From assembly GCA_008632985.1 (NCBI GenBank), contig QPGO01000283.1, positions 1-64,000 on the forward strand: DNA of 64,000 bases, in the 5' to 3' direction. The notes under the pieces were generated by a model. The model saw only the letters and a program-made list of their open reading frames with translations. It was not told the origin of the DNA and made no database searches. This DNA is from Psammoneis japonica. Lineage: Eukaryota. The position numbers and the translations under genes were made by a program. The stretch's first letter is position 1, and each line of letters begins with the position of its first letter. Below are positions 36,034 through 49,199 of this stretch, piece after piece.

Positions 36034-39000
36034 CCCAATGAGCTTGAAGAGCTGTCGTCCGAGTGTGTCACTCCTGATTTTTACATGTTTGATGATTGCA
36101 CTGATTGCATTGATGATTGTTGTGCACACGCTGCTGATTTATTTGATGATGACGATTTCGGAAATCATGCTGTGAATGACGAAGATGATGTGGGAAATTG
36201 AGTGCGCTGCACCAACCCCAAAAACAAAACCAACAAAACCATTAAATGTGGTCCCTGCAACCTTGTTCGCGGCGCGATTCATTCAAGATAAGGAAAGCAA
36301 GCGCGTGATGCGGGTGTCACTTGATTCCGGTGGAACCCATTCAATGATTCATGCTCGGGTGTTGCCGGTTGGAGCGGTTCCAGCATTGGAAGAGACAGGA
36401 CCGATTCGTGCAAAGTTTGGGACAGTGGCAGGAGAATTCAAAATCAACTCGTTATGTTCGACTGCAGGACTTGGTGCTCCCTGAATTCGATGAGACCAAA
36501 CATGTTGACTGCATGCATGCGCATGTGTTTGACTCACCCTGCCAACATGATGTGATCCTTGGACAGGACTTCTTGGCGAGAGCGGGTGTCACGTTGGATT
36601 TCGAACACGGAATTGTCAAGTGGCTCGGTTCAAGCATTGCAATGAAGCCGAAGAATCAACGGACTGGCATCCAGCAATGGCTTGATGATTTAACTGATGA
36701 GCTAGCTAATGATGATGATGTGTGGGATGGTTACATCCTCGATGCAAAGTGTGAGGAGACGTCCCCGTCTGAAGTGGCTTCAGCTCAGAAGCATCTTACT
36801 GCCGAACAGCAAGAGAAATTGCGTCTCGTGTTGGAGAAACACACTGCTCTTTTTGATGGCACCCTTGGCAAGCACACTGGCGAAAAAGTTCACCTTGACA
36901 TTGATCCTAATGCCATTCCGTACCATTCTCGAGCGCATGCAGTGCCGCACAATGATCTCGAGACTTTTAAGCAAGAATTAGATCACTCAGTGGCTCTTGG
37001 CATTCTTGAAGAAACCGGAACTTCGGAATGGGCTGCAGGTGCCTTTATTCGACCGAAGAAAGATGGTCGAGTACGGTGGCTCAGCGATTTTCGGGAACTC
37101 AACAAAGCCCTCAAGCGCAAGGTTTATCCCTTACCGATCATTCAAGATGTGTTGCAAAAGAGAGCCGGGTGCAAATTTCTTGCAAAATTGGATCTCTCAA
37201 TGATGCACCATACGTTTGAACTGGACGACGATTCCAAAGATCTGACGACAATCGTGACACCCTTTGGAAAGTGTCGACACTGCCGTCTAGCAATGGGTTT
37301 GAAGCCAGCTCCAGATGTTGCGCAATGCTTGATTGAGAAAACTGTGCATGACTTGGACGTTGACGCGTACATTGATGATCTCGCTCAATTTGATGACAAT
37401 TTTGATGTTCACCTTACTCGTCTCGACAAACTCCTGCAACGTTTGGAAGAAGCTGGATTTAAAGTGAACCCTTTGAAATGTGAATGGTGTGTGCAGGAAA
37501 CGGATTTCCTTGGGCATTGGCTAACTCCGACTGGAATTCGTCCGTGGAAGAAGAAAGTGGAAGCCATTCTGCGAATGCAACCTCCGGAAAATGTCAAGCA
37601 GCTTCGTTCGTTCCTTGGTGCTGTGACATGCTATCGTAACATGTGGCCTCGGCGTTCTCACTTGTTGAAACCCTTGACAGATCTCACAGGCAAAGGCTCG
37701 TGGACGTGGACAGCAGATTGTCAGGCAGCGTTCGAAGAGATGAAAGCAGCACTAGCGGCCGAGACGTCAATGGCGTGTCCGAATCATAACAAACCCTTCC
37801 ACATTTATGCCGATGCCAGTGATTGCCAAATGGGCGCAGTGATTGTACAAGATGGAAAACCCATTGCATGTTGGTCTCGAAAGCTGAACGCGGCGCAACA
37901 AAACCACTCGACGATCGAAAAAGAACTCTTGGCCATTGTCATGTGCTTCCGCGAATTCCGAACAATGCTCCTTGGCGGCAATTTGCATGTGTTCACTGAC
38001 CACAAGAACCTCACCTTTCGCACCTTGAATTCACAACGTGCACTCCGTTGGCGCCTCTTTCTGGAAGACTTTGCCCCTCAATTCCATCACATCGAAGGCC
38101 GCTTGAATGTCTTGGCTGATTGTTTTTCTCGTTTACCTCACATGGATCCTCCCTCTGAAGGGAAGAGTTTGGCTCCGGGTAAAGGAACTGTTGTTGATTT
38201 TGCTCCGCTCGATTCGAAGTTGGTGCCGAGTGAGGAACCATCCGAAGTCGAGGATTTCCGCGATGAGGACTTGGAGCTTGGCGCATGCCGATTCAAGTGT
38301 TGTCGCAACATTGAAAATGAAGGCCACTCACACTTCTTCTCTTTCTTTGTTGATGAGCCGGAACTGTTTGATTCTTTTTTGAATTACCCTACGATGCAGG
38401 AGATGCAAAATCCAATGACGTTACAACGGATTCAAGAGCACCAGTTCGAGGACCAACAATTGAACCAGATGCGCATTGCTCACCCTGATCGTTTTCTCGT
38501 GGAACATGTGAATAATCGACCGCTTGTGTGTTGTCGTATGCGATCAAATGATCCTCCAGGACAGTGGAAAATCTGTTTGCCGACTGCGCTCATGCCCAAC
38601 ATCTTACGGTGGTGTCATCTCGTCCTTGGCCATGCCGGAAGCCAGCGCATGCGTGAAACAATCCAGGCTCATTGTCATCACCCTGGGTTGCGTCGCATGT
38701 GTGATGAATGTTCTTGTGCTGATTGCCAACGTAACAAAACTTTGGGTCCTGGCTGTGGAGAGCTGCCCGAATGAGAAGCTCCATTGACTCCCTGGTCGGA
38801 AGTGGCGGTTGACCTCATTGGCCCGTGGAAAATCAAAGCACCAAATGGAGAGATTGAGTTTCGCGCGTTGACCTGTGTTGATCCTGTCTCTAATCTTGTT
38901 GAACTGGTGAGAATTGAGAATAAAACTGCTCGACATGTTGCCAACCAATTCAAAAACTGCTGGCTTGCACGCTGTCCCAGACCAAATCGATGCATCCACG

Positions 39001-39578
39001 ACAACGGCGGCGAGTTCACCGGATGTGAGTTTCAGATGCTATTGCAACGAGCCGGAATTAATGATGTGCCGACTGCTTCATACAACCCTCAAGCCAACGC
39101 CATTTGTGAACGAATGCACCAGACTGTCGGCAATGTGTTGCGCATGCTCATTGCTTCTGATCCACCTCAAAACCTTCAGGATGCAGCTAGCCTCGTGGAC
39201 GATGCTTTGGCAACTGCAATGCATGCAACCCGCTGTGCTGTTTCCCGTTCCTTACAGATTTCACCAGGTGCTGTGGTGTTCGGACGTGACATGATCTTGG
39301 ATGTCCCAGCACTGGCAGATTTGTTGATGATTCAAGGCCATCGCCAGATGCTGATCAACGACAACTTGCGACGAGCTGATGCCAAGAGAAGATCCTGCGA
39401 TTGTCAAGTGGGCGATCAAGTTCTAATCAAGTGCATTGAGCCATCCAGACTCGAACCTCGTGCTCATGGTCCTTGTCCCATTGTTCAAGTGCATGTAAAT
39501 GGCACACTCTCGGTTCGTCGAGCTCCTCATGTGGTTGAGCACCTCAACATTCGGCGCCCAATTCCTTTTCACGGTTGA
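36034..39578 (+). pseudogene. Gypsy C pol (PR, RT, RH, INT), frameshift near 36450 and stop at 38772
   Basis: SLDSGGT (PR), SDFRELNK and AYIDDL (RT), IYADASD (RH), GHAGSQR..CADC, VAVDLIGPW, IHDNGGEF and NPQANAICER (INT). Confidence 0.93.
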
Positions 39579-39865
39579 TCAGGGGGTTTTCTTCCCAACA
39601 CCTGGGTTTCCTCCTGTCATTGTCTTTACTTTTGGTTTTGGTCCTTGGTTTTTGGCCCTTTGCATGATCCTCCAGTTCTTTCGGATCATGGAAGGGAAGA
39701 GTGCAGCAACTCACTCGCACGCTTCTGATGTGTGGCATTAATTTTGGACATTAGATTGACGCAGCCGTTTGAGAGAGGCTCGCCAGCGTTCGCTGATGCT
39801 CAGGCTCCCCTCTCTTCGGTCTGCTCACTTCTTTGTTTTGACATCAGTTTCAGCTTGAGCTTGCA

Positions 39866-42800
39866 TCCTGCACTGAAAAGGAACGCACCATGTTACCAAG
39901 TGTCTGGTGCACACGTTCCACTGTGGCACTCGCCTGTGGATTCCGTTTGCTTGTGGGTTTCTTCAAAATCCCATGGTCATTTTTAATCATCTGGCTAAAT
40001 TCTGCCACAAATTCTGTCCCACGGTCACAAACCACCTGGGTTGGCCACGGATGTCTGCACAGCCACGTTTGTTCCACGACGTTTGCTACGACGTCTGCGC
40101 GTTTCGTAGACACTTCTTCAATCTCGAACCACCCGGTTGCTGGGTCAATCATTGTGACTGCCCACAATTGCAAAGTGTTCTTTCCGCGTCTTTGAATTTT
40201 ATATGGCCCCATCATGTCTGTGCACAGAGTCTCCCATGGAATCATCTCTGCGACCTTTTCTGGCAGCTTCCCATGACGCTGTGTTCGGCGTTTTGTCTTC
40301 TGGCATCGATCGCACTTAACGCACGTAGAATGCACCGTAGACCTCACACTGGGCCAGCAGAAGTGCTGGGCAATGGACATTTCCGTACGTGTCTCACCTG
40401 GATGACACAGTGTCTCGTGGTGCCATTCAGTTAGCGGAACCTGCAATGACTGTGGTGCTGCGATTTTGTCCTTATGACAGATTAACTGTTGTGATGACCC
40501 TCCCCCACGATGCGCGCAAATGGAGCAGTCGGACGAGTCCTCAGCTCGTGAGAGTAGGCGCTTGTCCTTTTGTTGTGCTTTTTGAATGCGCTTGAAGCTA
40601 ACAGGCAGAGACATCTCATCTTGCGCCTCTGCATTAAAAGCTTCATGCAAAGGACGACTCAATGGAGTGTCTTTTACATCCGGATTGGCCTCGGAAGGCA
40701 AGCTGGGTGCTGGTCGAAGGTGACTAAGAGCGTCAGTGACTGGGTCATGGGTGCCCTCAACACAGCGTTTCTTCGCATGTTAACCGCCAGCGCATGACAC
40801 GCTCGGCATTGAATGCTTTGTACGTGAGATTTTTATGATCAGCACATACAATCATACGATGACCAAGGAGAATCGTTCGAAATTCTTTCAACGTCTCCAC
40901 AATGGCGAGCAATTCTCTCTCCGTTGTTGCACAATTTAATTGCGCACTGTTGAGCTTTCTGCTGCAAAAGGCGACAGGTTTATTATCTTGGGATATAACT
41001 GCTCCCAATTGACACTTAGAGGCATCGGCATGTGTCTCAAAGGGTTTGTTAAAATCAGGATGTGACAACAAAACATCATCCGACATCACCCGTTTAACGG
41101 TTTCGAACGCCTCGTCTTCAACGGACGTCCACTCCCACTTAACAGTCTCACTTGCGAGTCGTGTTGGCGGAGCCAAGACTTCAGAACGTCTAATCCACGT
41201 GTCACGGCAGCAGTTCACCACACCAACAAATGAGCGCAGGTCGCGTTTGTTGGTTGGGCTCGCGATTCACTTGATGGCGTCGACTTTATCAGGCATTGGT
41301 CGCACTCCGTCTCTGTTGACCAGATGGCCCAAATGTTCTAATTGGGTTTGACAGAAATGAGATTTAGTTGCGTTAACTTTTAGTCCTGCTTTCTGGACCC
41401 TCAACAAAACTTCTTCAAGTTTGTTGAGGTGATCTTCATGGGTGCCTTTTGTCATGACGAGAAGGTCATCTAAGCATGTTCGAATGAACAACAGATCTTC
41501 AAATGAGCCTGACATGCGTTCTTGGAAAATGTCTGGTGAATTACACAATCCCATGGGCAATGCCTGCATCTCACACTTGCCCCACGGGAAGATGAGCGTG
41601 CAGAGCTTCTTGCCATCAGCATCCAATCGGATAACCCTGCTCATGCACAGATGGTCCCCAGAGACCATCTGTGCACTGTCGCCTGCACAGATGGTCTCCA
41701 GAGACCATCTGTGCAGCTGCGTTAAATTCTACGTGTTTGTGCCAGGAAAATGTACCTCCAACCTATCCGGCAGGCGTGAGAAATATTTTATGTACGAGAA
41801 AGAGTTCGTTGGGGCAGGCGAACAACATCACTCTATGAAGTGACTGGTACAAAACCTACGTAAATGCACAGATGCGCTCTGGAGCATGTCTGTGCAAATT
41901 CGAGCTCGTAAATAATAAGCAGGGATATGACAATAGCCCACATTTAAATCCAGTGATGTAGCCCACATAAAGCCTTCGAGCTTAAGTAGCACATCTTGGA
42001 TATGAGGAATCGGATAAGGCAATCGCTTGATCCGTTTATTCAGCTCTCTGAAATCATTAATAAAGCGTACCGTTAAATCTTTCTTCGGTATGATAAATGA
42101 TGGAGCTGCCCATTGGGATCGGTTAACGCGTTTGAGAACACCGATACGTACTAGGCGTTCTACTTCTTTACGTAGCGTAGCTTCGTACGCACGAGGTACT
42201 TTATACGGACGAGCGTGGTATGGTTCTACACCCTCCTTAAGTTGGATATGGTAGGGTTCTCCCTTCCATTCTCCTAATGTCCCATCAAATAAGGACTCAT
42301 GGCGTTTCAATAGTGCCAAAAGGTCGTTTTATTGAACTATAGAAAATCTTATTGCCCCTCGCGTTATGTCCTCGAGGCAGGCCGGCGCGTACTTAGCGTC
42401 TAAAATACGCGAAATCCGGTCGGTTTCCGAAGATAAGGCTTCTGGATCTTGAAGATAGAAGGAGGTTTCTACCGTAGCATCTACGTGCCTCATTGGTACT
42501 TCTCCATTGACTAATGGCCACTCTATCATCTGTTTAGAGAAGACAATATCAATGCCTTGTGTCTCCAGAATGTCACGTCCAATAATCATATCGTACTTGC
42601 CCAACTTTCCGTTGTGTACGTGGACGGTATGTTTAAGTTCTGCAGTTTCGGATAATTCTGGTAACCGAGATTTAACGGTACAGTCGTTAGACGTACTGAA
42701 CGAGCCTGCTACCGTGGTCCAGTTTGTCTCAGCCGTTGAATGGCTTCGCAGACGTTTACAGTATCGACTATCGAGTAGAGTACTGCTGGCGCCACGATCT

Positions 42801-42900
42801 AGCAGTGCCTTAATAGTTTGAGTCTTGCCCTTGCCATGTTTAGCATTCATAGCTATAAACAAGATTGGAGTAAGATGAGTCTTTTTAACTCGTTTGCGGG
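39866..42900 (-). pseudogene. Gypsy B pol, RT split by the MITE at 41635-41924
   Basis: LLDRGAS (PR), QWAAPSFI, NDFRELNK, SLDLNVGYCH/IRLD and IRTCLDDLL (RT), HADASKCQLG (RH), CHPGETRT and VCDRGTEF (INT). Confidence 0.92.
41635..41924. mobile_element. 290-bp MITE with CCC...GGG ends (piggyBac-like)
   Basis: TIR ccctgctcat / ataagcaggg (9 of 10 match), flanks ATAA/ATAT. Removing the element plus one flank restores RT GYCHIRLD. Confidence 0.85.
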
Positions 42901-42994
42901 ATTGGCCTACAACACGTGTACGATGGTAATTCAGTTGTTCATTTATACATTCATCTAATGTATTAAAACTACCTGTATCGTGTCGGCCCCCTTC

Positions 42995-44040
42995 TCAGGT
43001 GTCCGAATCTTCGGAATCACTTAAGTTGAGGTCGCGGAAGTGATTGAGCTCCTGCTCGCGTGCCTTGCGCTTTTTCTGAGCGTTGGCAAAGAACTCCTCG
43101 ACCTTCGATCCGATGAGAGCATTAATGTCTTCCTCATTCCGAGGTTTTGCATTAGGTTTGCTGCCTCCGTTGTTGGAATGTCCAGTCTTGACATGTTTTA
43201 CGTGGTGCTTGAGCTGACGGCAATCCTCCGCATGATGTCCACAGTTAGTCCCGTGCAGCGTGCACGACTTCTGGGTGTTCCGTTGGGTCGTGATCAACGA
43301 CTCAGGATTGTCCGTTCTACATCCCCGCTTACGTGGAACCTTAGCATATTGGTCCAGGTTACCTTCGGTGAGCTCGACCTGCTCGATGCGCTCGCAGAAC
43401 TGTGCAAATTCGGCGACAGCATGCGCCAACAGGTCAAAATTCTGTAGCGTCATGAACTTCTGCCATGCGTTCGGCACACCGTACTCGAACATGTCGCACA
43501 GTTCGTCATCAGGTGATGGTGCTGGTGCTTCTCCATCCTCCGTCACGGGTGGAAACTGAGAGATGCAGCCATTAATTTCAACAGCCCTCGCGACGTAGTC
43601 ACGAGTAGAAACCTCTGCGGGCTTGCGCATGAAGCGCCTCAGATGACGCTTCTGCAATGGTGCCGCCCCATGTGGGAAGATACTTTCCTTTAGCTTCGCG
43701 ATGCATGCTGCGTGCGTGGCGTTGGTTTGGGATGCCTGCTTGTCAGCGGCATTGTTCAATGACGTCAGAGCATCGCCCTGCAGTGGGTCACGCATGAGGG
43801 CAAATTTCGCTGGCCCGGTCGTGATGTTTTGTCCTTCGTGCATGCGATCCACGTTGTGTAGAAAGATCAGGAGTGTCTTGCATGTAGCCGCAGAAAGGTG
43901 CGGAATGCCCATCTCGTGCGTTGGACTGTCCTGATCAGTGGGTTGTTACGCAGCTTGAACGTCTGGCACTTGCCCTGCTGCAGCTCTTTCTTCTCCGGCC
44001 GTGCAAACGGAATCGGTGGCTTGGTCCGCTTCTTCATGGT
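42995..44040 (-). pseudogene. Gypsy B gag, frameshifted near 43930
   Basis: PPIPFARPEKKEL, LQGDALTS, IFPHGAAPLQKRHLRR and knuckle CTLHGTNCGHHAEDC. Homologous to Gypsy A gag. Confidence 0.85.
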
Positions 44041-44138
44041 CGTTTTAAGATTTGTCGGTCCTGCCAACATTTCGTAGTTTCGTTTCTGTGGATTTCGTTG
44101 CCTCGCACAACATGCGGGAGCAACACCACTGTGCCCTG

Positions 44139-44563
44139 TGCATGTGCCAGGCGCTGAAAAAGAAGATGTGTTACGACTTTGTCGTTGTGAAAATTATGAG
44201 CTAGTTTAGAGTAGAGAAAATGGGATCATGTGAATGGGGAATCTTGCCAAATCCCCATTCGTTCGCATTTGGATCGCATCAAATCGATCGTGCGTTCGCA
44301 TTGTGGATCGTGCGAATCAAGCCATCACGCGCCATGCACGAGTGATGTCATCATGTGGAATCACGCCACCATCGTGGGCCAGATGACGGGCTAGTGTGCT
44401 TCACACAGATGCTCTCTTAGCATCCTTCTGGAATTGCCTAAGACCTGGAGCCACGCCCTCCTGTGGTCGTGCTTCCCAGGTGCGTGTTAACAATGCTACG
44501 TTGCCACGTACAAGAGGCTCATGCACGGTCTCGCCGTGTTGTCCAGTGGCGAGGCATGCTGCA
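44139..44563 (-). repeat. 5' LTR of Gypsy B
   Basis: Matches 33541-33967. Confidence 0.92.
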
Positions 44564-47329
44564 ATTTGCATCTCCACTTTTTTGGGATTGTTGTGTCAAT
44601 GCTGCATGGGAAGTTCTTTGCACAGTCACTGATCTCAAAATTTTGTAAATGGGTCAATTGTCCAGGCTTTCTCTGCCAGGAAAAATGCAGCATCCTTAAA
44701 TAAAATGACCAAGGCATGTTGTTTGTGCATCTTTTGTTTTGTGCAATGAATGACATGCACTGCTGCAGCTTTCTGTTTTATGTTGCTGAAACAGAACACA
44801 AAATTTTGATGTTCACTCCTCATTGTGTTGCTTGATTTTTACTGATTTATGATCTAATTCAATGAGCTGTCACAAAAACAGGTTGCTCATTTGTTTATGA
44901 TCATTTTTCATTCATTGGGACATTTGGTGTAACTTGGCTTGTAGTCCCATGTGGTGCTGTCACATGTGATGGCACTGGCAATCACATGATGGCACCAGCG
45001 ATCACAATGTCACACAGCAACACAACAACTGCGTTGCTGAGCCTTCTTGCCAGGTTGCACCCTCTCCATGCTGCCACATCTATTGTCACCTTCCATGGTG
45101 TTGTCATGTCTGCTTTCCACTTGGCATCTCATCTCCCTCCCCTTCCGACAGGACTGGATTGCAAAAACAGCACAATCTCTTGGCAACACATGCACTTCCA
45201 ACCTGGTCAGCATGTTGGCAAAAGGACCTTGATTTACAAAAAGGTCTCTTCTGTTGGCTTGTCTCCTGCGGATGCAAATCATCTGTTCTGAACACTCGAC
45301 ATGGACAGAGTTCTAAACACACTTCCCACCGGCCAAGCTTTGGTCATTTGGCCAAGATCGCTGCATCACTGCTCACAGGTTTACATGGATAAATGTCTGT
45401 TGTCTGCATTGAGGGAGGTGGCAGAGGAATTGTCATGGCAGGCAGCCACACAAAGAGAGGCAGATGCAAGGAGAAAGGCTCTGTGTTGCAAAAGAAAGGG
45501 TGTCCATGATGCAAACAGTGAGGAAAATCATGCATCTGCTGAAGGGGTGGGTGGTTCTTCTGTTGTTTCCTGCATGAGATGTCAGCAGAGGTTTGCGTTT
45601 GCTTAGACTGTTTTGGGAAGGCAAGCTCTTCCCACCCCACACCATTTTGCAGAACTGCCACCAAAGACAAACAAAGAACTGATGACAGTGAATCTTGCAC
45701 TGCCAATCACACAGTCCAAGAAAACCCCAGTGGTTGTGATGGCACAGCTTCCACAAGCACTCATGCTGTCCAACAATTGCCAGAAGAAGCTGGAGATGAT
45801 GAGTGTTGTGATGGACCCCTCTTTTCTGATCAAGCGGAGTTAGACAACCATGATTTCAGACTTTGCACCACATTGGCAGACGGTGCAGAAATCTCCACTG
45901 CAGAGAACAATGATGTCACAAAAAACACATTGGTCATTGGCATGGTGTTTGGCAATGAAACAACCAATGCATCCACCCAGGAATGTCGAGACACCGTACA
46001 TTGCAATGCACCAGTCAGCACTGGTTTCAATGTCCACACTGTTGACTGCAGTGTGACAAACACTTCTAATCCAGCCAAATCACATGAACGCTGACGTCTG
46101 GGCTCTTCATCAATCTAAGAATTGGACTGCCAATGAATGCACCCACAACTCCACATCCATGGACGTTGTGCACATGCCCAGTTTGCACTTCAATGACAGA
46201 TTTTTGACAAATTCTTTCTTCAGTCAATCATTCACCCATTTCTGTCTAAAGATGTTGGACGTTGGCAATGTGCATCTGCCAATCAACTTGCAGGTTGCTG
46301 AGGGTCTGTTCAAAAACTGGCCAGCAGTTGGCAAAGTCTGGATTGTCAGATGCCTGTGCCAGGATCAATGGGAGGAAATGCCTCTCTTCCATCCCACAGT
46401 GGTGGTGCCACTGGAATATCATGGAAAGGAAGGAGACTCACTTCACCAGAGCAAAGATTGTGGAGTTACATTGTCGGAGTTTAGCTCATCTTTGTGCGCA
46501 TGTCACCTTGCTTTTGCTTTTTGCTCATTCCAACCAATCATCTGTAATTTGTCTCCAGATGAAGGGGTGGTTTCTGACAATGAACATGAACCAGTTGGAA
46601 CTTTTCCCCCACCAATGTGGACAAAATGAGTTTCATTGCACCAGCTCCACACAGAAGCAGTTGCATTGCTGCCGCTTCTTGTGAGGTTGCCCACTCATTG
46701 ATGGAAGGCGATGGCATTGATGGCAAGGTTTGCATGCAATGTTGGGATCTCAATGGATGGGGATGGAGTCACATGTGAACTTGTGGAGTTGGCTTGGTGT
46801 TGGAGTGGGACCCTGTTGCAACAAATTCAATGGGAGGAGAGCCAAGGGTGGAAGAGGCAGCAACGTCCCCTGGTTCTTTGAATTTTCCCATTTGCAAATG
46901 TTCGCCATGAGCACCATCTGATTGATGGGAAGAAACAGCACAAATGCTTTGAGAAAAGGAGAGTTTGCAGGGAAAACAAGTTCTTAGGTGGTGTTGAAGA
47001 CCAGTTTGGAGGAAACGTTTGCCACACATGGGACAATCATTTCCCACAGTGAAGGAGGTTGCCATTGTTCATGTTACAAAAACAAGTGAGATGGAGATGC
47101 ATGGGGTGAGCCACGTGGTAAAAATGACATGTGGCAGGTGACAAGATTGTGTTGGATGAGTCAACTTGTGTGTCACCATGCAAGATCATGCTTTGGCTTA
47201 ATGTGCAACATCAGTTGTCTGCATGCCAGCATGTGGTGCTTGCATCAAGCAATTAACAACATGAGACAACAAATCCAACTTTCCACAGTGATGGAAATTT
47301 TGTCATGCTGGCACGCATCTTGGATTTGT

Positions 47330-48130
47330 GTGCAACCAAATGTCCTGATGGACAGTCAAGCTCTTCTGGCATGCTCTCCCACCTGACAGATGCTAGCACC
47401 TGCATCTCCAGCCTAAAAATTCTTCAGACATGCTTGCTGATCTTCCTCATGGTTTCCATGCATCCATCTGCCTGTCGTCCCAACTCGGCAATGGCATCAT
47501 GCAACCTCTCCTTTAACTCTTTCATGCTTCTGCACTCATCTGGCTGTGTCCTTGCCCATCTTTTCTGGGAGTCATGCTGGAGTTCCACAGCTCCATGCAC
47601 TCTGTCTCCCCAACCCCGACACAACCTCACTTTGCCCTCTTTCAGCAGACCCTCAACAGCTTCTCCAACAGCAAGGCCTTCCAGAGATTGTTTCTTTGCC
47701 CTCATCCAGCTGGCTTGTTTGCTGCAATCTGCCAACTCGAGGCACACCTTTGAATTCCTGTTGACTTCCCAGCCCTTTCTTTTGGATTCCTGTTAACCTC
47801 CTGGCCCTCATCTGTGGATTCCTTTAAACTTCCCAGCCCTTGAACAACACCTCTCTTTTGTCAGAGCTTCATGGCTTGCTGACTGGCACACATTTGGTCT
47901 CACCATCTCCCAACCCATCGTGTGGCTCATGAATGCACAACTGATGCTGCCAGCCAATGTCACCCTGTCAACTGGATGCAAAAGCTAAAAAGCAAGCACA
48001 AGACCCACAACTCAACCTGAGTTGCAAATGCAAAGTTGCCACATTGTTGTCCACAATTGTCAGTGTGTCCCACACTGCAACTTTGCATGTCTGTCTTATG
48101 AAAACTGCCTCTGACCCCAATGTTCCAGCA
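47330..48130 (-). repeat. Second copy of the unknown repeat at 1-1010
   Basis: Nucleotide and peptide similarity to 60-830. Confidence 0.6.
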
Positions 48131-48189
48131 CCTTCCCTCTGCTTCTCATGTGTCTCAGGTGGGATGGCAACAATGTTGTTCATCTCATG

Positions 48190-48400
48190 GGAGTGATGTG
48201 CAAGCTGCTTGGTCTTGCCTTTTAATGCATCCATTGGTGGACCCCAAATGGCTGCCATTGTGTCCATGTCTTTGGAAGTGATGGACAAGTTCTTCACATG
48301 GTTCAAATGTAAAAACTGCTTGAAATCCCTCACACTGGGAATTCCAGTCTTCTGATGTATTCTGAGTGCTCAGTGCTCAGTGCTCACCACCTCCCTCTCT
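48190..48400 (-). pseudogene. Copia pol fragment (pre-integrase region)
   Basis: PSVRDFKQ...ITSKDMDTMAAIWGPPMDALKGKTK matches the diatom Copia pattern PS..DF...VT..DI..A..IWGP....LKGKT. Confidence 0.6.
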
Positions 48401-49199
48401 TGGTGCAGCCTGCAGTGTTCTGTTCTGCCACTGGAACCACAGTTCCAGATGCACTCCTGTGCTTCTTGTTTCTCTTGTTCTTTTTCTTTGACAGCATGCT
48501 CACATGAGATTCACTTCCCCAGAGTTCATCAACATGGTCAAAGAATCTCTGGCTTGGTGCAAAAGCAGATGTGGCCCCATGACATTTGCTCCAAGCACCA
48601 TGACTTTTGGCAATCTTGAACCAATTGTCATGTGCAACATCTTGTTGGTGCTTGCAGTCCAGGGACTTGTGACTGTTCTTGTCATCTCTTTGCTCATTGT
48701 TCTTTCTTTTGTGTTAATTGAGAGGATTGTCATCTTTTAGATGGTTCAATGCTGGCACATCCATTGCCTTCACTAGAGTCTTCAGACAGGCAGGTGCCTT
48801 TGCCCAGACCACATTCTTTCATGAAGCTCTTCTTTGAGCTCTTGCAATGGTGATCATTGCTGTTCTTCAAGTGTGGAGTTTCCATCTTGGCACTCCTTGG
48901 TGTTGGAGATAAATGCATCCAACATTCACTCCAAAGAGTTGCTGGCACTGCCTTCAGTGCTAACAGACACTGACCTGTGTGCAGTCATTTGAACACTGAA
49001 CACCTGGACAATGAGTGGCAGAGGTGGTGGTGGTGAACAAATGACCAAGGCCAAAGTTGTGGTCATGGCAGAGGTGACAAGAGTTGCAGTTCCTCCAACT
49101 AAAAGAAGAAACCAACACCAAGATGTGTTTTCAGTCTGAGATGAAGTTCTGTGCTTTGTCACTGAACAGCAATGCTTGCAATGCCGCACATGAAGATGT

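Larger units (their letters stand above)
34420..39865 (+). mobile_element. Full-length Ty3/Gypsy LTR retrotransposon C
   Basis: 164-bp LTRs at 34420-34583 and 39702-39865, perfect TSD TCCTG, PPT ggaagggaagag. Confidence 0.95.
33541..44563 (-). mobile_element. Ty3/Gypsy LTR retrotransposon B, carrying nested Gypsy C and a MITE
   Basis: LTRs at 33541-33967 and 44139-44563, PPT (gggggagtg, minus) at 33968-33976, order gag-PR-RT-RH-INT. The flanks do not form a TSD. Confidence 0.9.

Noticed and set aside
41644..41896. CRISPR-like palindromic repeats
   Set aside because: Only three units at irregular spacing, inside a TIR element, in a eukaryotic context with no cas genes.
46769..47065. C2H2 zinc-finger host gene (CPMCGKRF...LQHHLRTC)
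   Set aside because: A single short motif in decayed DNA where Cys/His are artificially enriched. It may be a TE fragment but cannot be supported as a gene.
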